Below, piece after piece: positions 58,943 through 64,000 of a stretch of 64,000 nucleotides of DNA. The stretch's first letter is position 1; each line of letters opens with the position of its first letter. The notes beneath the pieces are model-generated. The model was not told the DNA's origin, did not search any database, and worked only from the letters and a program-made list of their open reading frames with translations. The translations under genes were made by a program, and so were the position numbers. The stretch comes from Macrostomum lignano. Its lineage: Eukaryota. The stretch covers positions 372,001 to 436,000 of the forward strand of contig NIVC01000731.1 in NCBI GenBank assembly GCA_002269645.1, read 5' to 3'.

Positions 58943-60846
58943 TCAAAACAAATCAGCTTTGCGCTTGAGGTCGCTCCTGCGCCACTCGGGGAGGCGCTGG
59001 AAATGGCGCCGTTCCATTCCAAAGACGTGCACGAACTCCTCGTCGGAGAGGTGCGCCTCCAGCCGCGTCGGATCGGCGCCGCGCGGCGGCTGCTTGGCGC
59101 CGGAATGGCGGCGCAGCGCCTCGTAGTCGAACTGGCGCGGCGGAGGCGGCGCCGGGCGGTGAAGCCGCAGTGGCCCGCCGGTGGCGTGCAGGCCGAGGAT
59201 GTTGGGGTAGGACAGCAGGTCCTCGTCGTCGGAGGCCGCGAGCAGCTTGGCGTAGCGGCTCTCCCTGCGGGCGGCGGCGGCCGCGGCGTCGGCTGGGCTC
59301 GGGTCCTGCGCCTGCTGGCGGCGGTCGGGCGGCGGCAGGCTGGCCGCCTTGGAGCGGACGGCCGCAGGCGAGTAGCCGCGATTGCCGACGCTGACGAATC
59401 CCTGCGGCGAAGGCACGGGCGGCCGCCTGGATGCCGTCAACTGCGGCTGCGGGCGCGGCGTCTGCTGAAACTGCTGCTGCATCCGCTGCAGCCGGCTGGC
59501 CCTGGACGGTGGCGGCGGCGGCGGGCTGACCGGATCGTCCGGGCCGAGCAGCAGGGCGGAGCCGAGGCCGCCGAGCTCCAGCCGGCCGGATTCGAACTCG
59601 CGCCGGGATCGGCTGCCGTCGCGGAAGCCGCGCCTGGACGAGGCGGCAGGCTGCTGTTGGGCGGCGGCTGCCTCATCGGCGCTGGCGGCGGCCCCCTCAG
59701 CCTCTCGTCGGCGCTGGCGCTGCCGCTCGGCCAGCAGGAGGGCGGGCAGCGGCGGGCAGGGCCAGTCGTCCCGCTCGATTGGCGCCGGCTTGGCCAGGTC
59801 GGGCCGGGAGCCGGCCGGGTAGTGGCTGAGCAGCAGCGGGTCCTCGTTCGGGTCCAACGACGGCGCCGGGCTGGGCGTCCGCGGCGTCCGGGCCGACCGC
59901 CGCCGGCCACGCTGGCTGGGCGGCGCGGCCCGATGGAGCCGGGGTGGGTGCCGGCGCCGCGCGATGACGAAGCGAGGCTGTGCGCCCGCGACCGGGGCCG
60001 GCTGCCGTCCCGGTGCATCGGCAGGTGGAAATGCTGAGGCTGCGGACTCGGCGACCTGGTTGAAGAGGCCACGGCGGCGCAGGGGCTGGCGGGCCGGTGG
60101 TAGCGGTCGTTGGGGTGCAGCTTGCGCTCGGCCTCCTGCTCCAGGGTAAGGTAGGACCTGGCCAGCTGGGAGCCCCAGCGCGACCGCCGGCTGCTGGACG
60201 CCTCGGACGGGCAGGAAAAGCTGCCGGGGCTGTGGTGGCCGCCGCCCCTGATGCTGCTGCCATCGGCCAGGTAGTGGTAGTGGTGATAGTGCTGCGGCGG
60301 GTAGTGCTGGTGCTGAGGCAGGCTGCGCAGGCCGTGCCCGGTGCTCTCGGTGGTGTACCCGGTGTCTGTGTTGGCGTCGAAGGCGCCGTTGCCAGTGACG
60401 GCGGCGGCGGCGGCGGTGGGCGGGGCGGTGCCCACCCGCAGTCCGCCGGCCGGGTCGGTGTCGGAGGCGGCCTCGTCCTTGAGGCGCTCCCGGTGGGAGC
60501 AGGCCTTGCACAGGTAGAGCTCATTGGACCAGAGGGTGACGCGGTCGCCGGGGGTGAAGGGGGTTCGGCAGGTCTGGCAGCGGAAGCAGCTGGGGTGGAA
60601 GGTGCTGCCAAGCGCGGTGATCACCTCGCCGACAACGTAGCCGGCGCAGACGCGGCACTTGACGCCGAACAGCCGCTGATAGTCGTCCGGGCAGTAGAAC
60701 TTGGCGTCCCGGACGAAGAAGCCGCCGCGTTCGAGGCCGGCTGAGCACTCGGCACACTTGAAGCAGTCGCGGTGCATGTACTGCTCCTGGACTCGGAGCA
60801 CCTCGCCTTTGCAGCGCTTCTGGCAGGCCAGGCAGTACACCTTCAT
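58943..60846 (-). CDS. ABLIM: abLIM/UNC-115-like actin-binding LIM protein (2 LIM domains plus villin headpiece), split across two reading frames near 59870-60020
   Basis: LIM1 [32 protein letters not shown] and LIM2; PQHFHLP; [18 protein letters not shown]; KAASLP; headpiece [33 protein letters not shown]. Confidence 0.88.
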
Positions 60847-60920
60847 GGCGCTGGCGGGGGCTCAAGTATGGACTGGCTGGTGCTGGCGTGGCTGGCAGGT
60901 GCTGCAGTCGGATGGACACA

Positions 60921-60945
60921 GCTGCGGAGACAAATATAAGTGTAA
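60921..60945 (-). promoter_or_regulatory. Splice acceptor upstream of the abLIM-like ATG (5' UTR intron or trans-splice site)
   Basis: Minus strand tatttgtctccgcag| about 75 nt before the ATG, at the boundary between AT-rich and GC-rich DNA. Confidence 0.5.
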
Positions 60946-63900
60946 TAATCTTAAAAAATAAAACTTGTCAATGACCATAGTTGTTGATAATAAGTCAAAC
61001 TAAATCCTTTATACCATATATATAATGTTCTATTTTTAGGCCTATTTGAAGTGACTGCATGACTTTTTTATGAAAAGAAAGAACATTTGACCAGCCAAAA
61101 CTTACAATTCTAGGCCTTTATACCAGATGCTCATGGGTGTATTGGTGTTGGAATTTTGCCAAACTGGCTATTGCCAAACAAAATAGAAACCAAATATGCA
61201 AATCATTTTAATTTTTAATGAATTTTTATACTTTAAGTACTCAAATTGGCTTTCTATAGGTGATGAATCCAACTATCTAAATTTTTCTATATGATAGAAT
61301 TGATAATTTGAATAAAAAACAAATCTAAGACCTTATAAAGGTGTCAAGGCAGTTATGATTAAAAATCATAAAATACAATTTAAACTTTTATTACAAAAAA
61401 CTAGTTCTAAAACAAAATTCTATTATACAAATGTATATTCTTTAAGTAAATATAGTAGATGTACTTCTTATTATACAGATTTATAAACTATTATTTAGGA
61501 ATAAATTAGGACTTAGGGTTTTTCCATTGAGATTTATAAAACTAGGCAAACCCTAAAATTCCTATGGTATATAATAATACTAAATAATGATAAATGCAAT
61601 ACATACCATACCTTATTATATACCACACATAGCAAGGTATACACTATATTAAAAAAATTCCAGTGCATATAACCAAAAAAGTATATGCAAAGTGGCATAT
61701 ATGTTGTACAAATGCCTAATAAAAATTGTTAGCATAGTGGTGTATAACAAAAGCTGATCAAAAATATTAAGGGTTACAAGAGGTCACCTAAAATGTATAA
61801 TCTATATTAATATGATCTGCATGAAATATGCATTTAATTAAATACTTTTTTGCAAGACTTAGGCCTAATTTATGTATTCATATCAATTAGATAATTGTTT
61901 CTTAGTAAATTAAATGAATAATTGAAATAAAAACTATTTACTATAAATTTTAGTCAATATTTTTTGATAATTTTCAAAATGAGCTCAAATAAAACACAAA
62001 GTTTTAAAATTTAAAAGGGCCTATAAAAGCAACAAAAATTGATCTATTATTTCAAATTTTGATTTAATCTGAATTTTACTAGATTTTTAGTGCTATTATA
62101 TATTGGTACTCTACTATGTATACACTTATATGTCAATAAATGAATGTAAGACTTGGTATACAAATTTGTACTTTAGCCTTGTACCTAGTTCATACCTAAA
62201 AATATGTTAAATATATTCCCACACAAATGTTATACCTTCAATATGGGTTGTATATAAGAATTATCTATGAAATAGCATATGGCTTTAACTTAGGTATAAT
62301 CTAAAATAGCATGGTTAATGTCTAGTTACAAAACCCAAGGGAGGGGCAATAGGCAATTGCTCTCTTAGATAAAGACTAGAAAAAAATCAATGGGTCAAGT
62401 GAATTTTAGCCAAAATATAAAGCCACCTTCTATACCCTCCCTCCTTAGGTCTTTAGGCCTACCTTCTAAAATCTGCTGCCTCCCATTGGAAAATTTCTTG
62501 TTGTGGTACTGTTAGGGCCTAATGTCTATTAAAAAACAAAAAAAACAAAAAAATATCCATCTTAAACTATAGTAAAAGTTTATACAATTTCTAATTAATA
62601 AATTTTTGGCAAAAAGATGCTTTGGTGAAAATGAATTTTTAGTTAAAATAGATGTACATTTCAGCAAAACAAAGTGGCTAGTTTGGCAAAAGGATTGATG
62701 ACTTATATTATATAATTGCAAATATATATAGTTTTAAAATATATATAGTTTTAAAATAACTAAGTTTTAAAATAGTTTTAAAATAGTATATATAGTTTTA
62801 AAATAAATAATGTTATTTATTTATTAACATTAATTTGCAGTTTGATAATTTTAAAACTCATGACTTAGATGGTAGCTAGGCCTATGTTATGCACATGCAA
62901 TCTATCAATATGCAATGATTGATTAGGGATGCTCTAATGATGACAGTGTGGTTTTTAAGATATTAGTTATACTTTTCAAATTGTAGGCCTATTTTGAAAT
63001 TGAAACAGAATGGAATGGCACCTAATAAAACAATTAAATAAAATTGTCACAGAAAAAAACATGAAAATAAAATTAGTCTTTATAAAGTTAATCATTTTTT
63101 TCACTTTTTTCTAAAACAAAAAAACTCTTCACTAAAGCTTGGAACAAATCTTTTGCTAAAATGGTTAGCTTTTAGATGAAATGGTCATTTCGAAAGTATT
63201 TATTGCCATTATTAACTTTTGACACAAATTCTTTTGCCAAAGTGGGTTGAAACCAATAATATTAATACTAAAAAATAGCCCTTTTGACAATTATAAGATT
63301 ATCAAAGATAATATTATTAAAAAGCTAGGGTCTAATAAATAATAAGGGTCAGGTCAAAAGATAATTCATAAAAAAATAGGAAAATTCATCAAGCAATGTT
63401 AAACGCCTGGGCCATCTGGCCATGTTTTTTTACTTCCAAAGAGTCCAGTTACAGCCAGAATAGCTTCAAGATAAAGACAATGCCTAAACTAAATAATTAG
63501 CAAAATTAGTTCAATGATAGGCCTACCAATTTTAAAGTATCGACTTAGAGAAACGTTCACATGTCCTTAGTTATTAAATAGCATAGGACAAATTACAAAT
63601 ACAAATCTTGCATTTGGATTTGGTTCAGCTGTTCAGTCAGTGCGACTGTGCAAAATAGCGGTACAGGCCACGGCACTGGTCAGATTCAGAGAGACAAGAG
63701 AGTCAGATGCTGATTTAAATCTTAATCAATTAGTATAAAACAGAAATCGAGATGATTAGGCCCAGTATGCGGTATGCGGTACACTTTCTCTGATGTTTAA
63801 ATCGAGTCCGATCATTACTACTTTGTTATCGTACCGTGGATGATCAATCTAGAGCTCGATCATCCCTATAGATAGAAAGCGTTTGTTAAATTTAAAAAAG

Positions 63901-64000
63901 AAATTGGCTTCAAAGCCAAACTATAACATAATAATAAAGAGTTTCCTGGCTGAAATCTAAAAAAAGCTTTTGAATGATTCTTCAGTAATTTTAGTAAAAA

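Noticed and set aside
58844-60744. Long plus-strand and alternative-frame ORFs (397, 304 and 215 aa)
   Set aside because: Shadows of the very GC-rich abLIM-like CDS; the same holds for the antisense ORFs over the transporter and MIGA exon 1.
61150-62695. Possible 1.5-kb TIR element (ttttgccaaact at both ends)
   Set aside because: The match is short, no target-site duplication was found, and similar motifs recur nearby.
63780-63880. Possible hammerhead ribozyme near a small hairpin (ggatgatc..gatcatcc)
   Set aside because: The core CUGAUGA..GAAA is not present (ctgatgt).

Overview
A 64-kb window of animal genomic DNA with GC-rich exons, short (about 70-80 nt) introns alongside minisatellite-swollen introns, tRNA-derived SINEs and MITEs. 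The style suggests a free-living flatworm such as Macrostomum; this is inference. Genes reconstructed by hand from splice sites: mitoguardin (partial, -), RNF32 (-), an Ig-superfamily type I membrane protein (-), two tandem paralogous DN-cadherin-like genes (-) flanking a four-EF-hand calmodulin-like gene (+) and an intronless MFS/POT-like transporter (+), a small orphan ORF (-), a BACE-like aspartic protease (-) and an abLIM/UNC-115-like gene (-). Highlights: (1) both cadherin paralogs splice a signal peptide directly onto the membrane-proximal half of a type III classical cadherin, so essentially all adhesive EC repeats are missing; one keeps the beta-catenin-binding tail, the other lacks it, and they show patchwork near-identity; (2) the BACE-like protein has His in place of its second catalytic Asp; (3) two sharply bounded CpG-free blocks; (4) several cases of minisatellites arising from mobile elements. 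Most short ORFs in the supplied track are artefacts of tandem repeats. Exon coordinates were read manually and could be off by a few bases; homologies come from remembered family motifs, not database searches.
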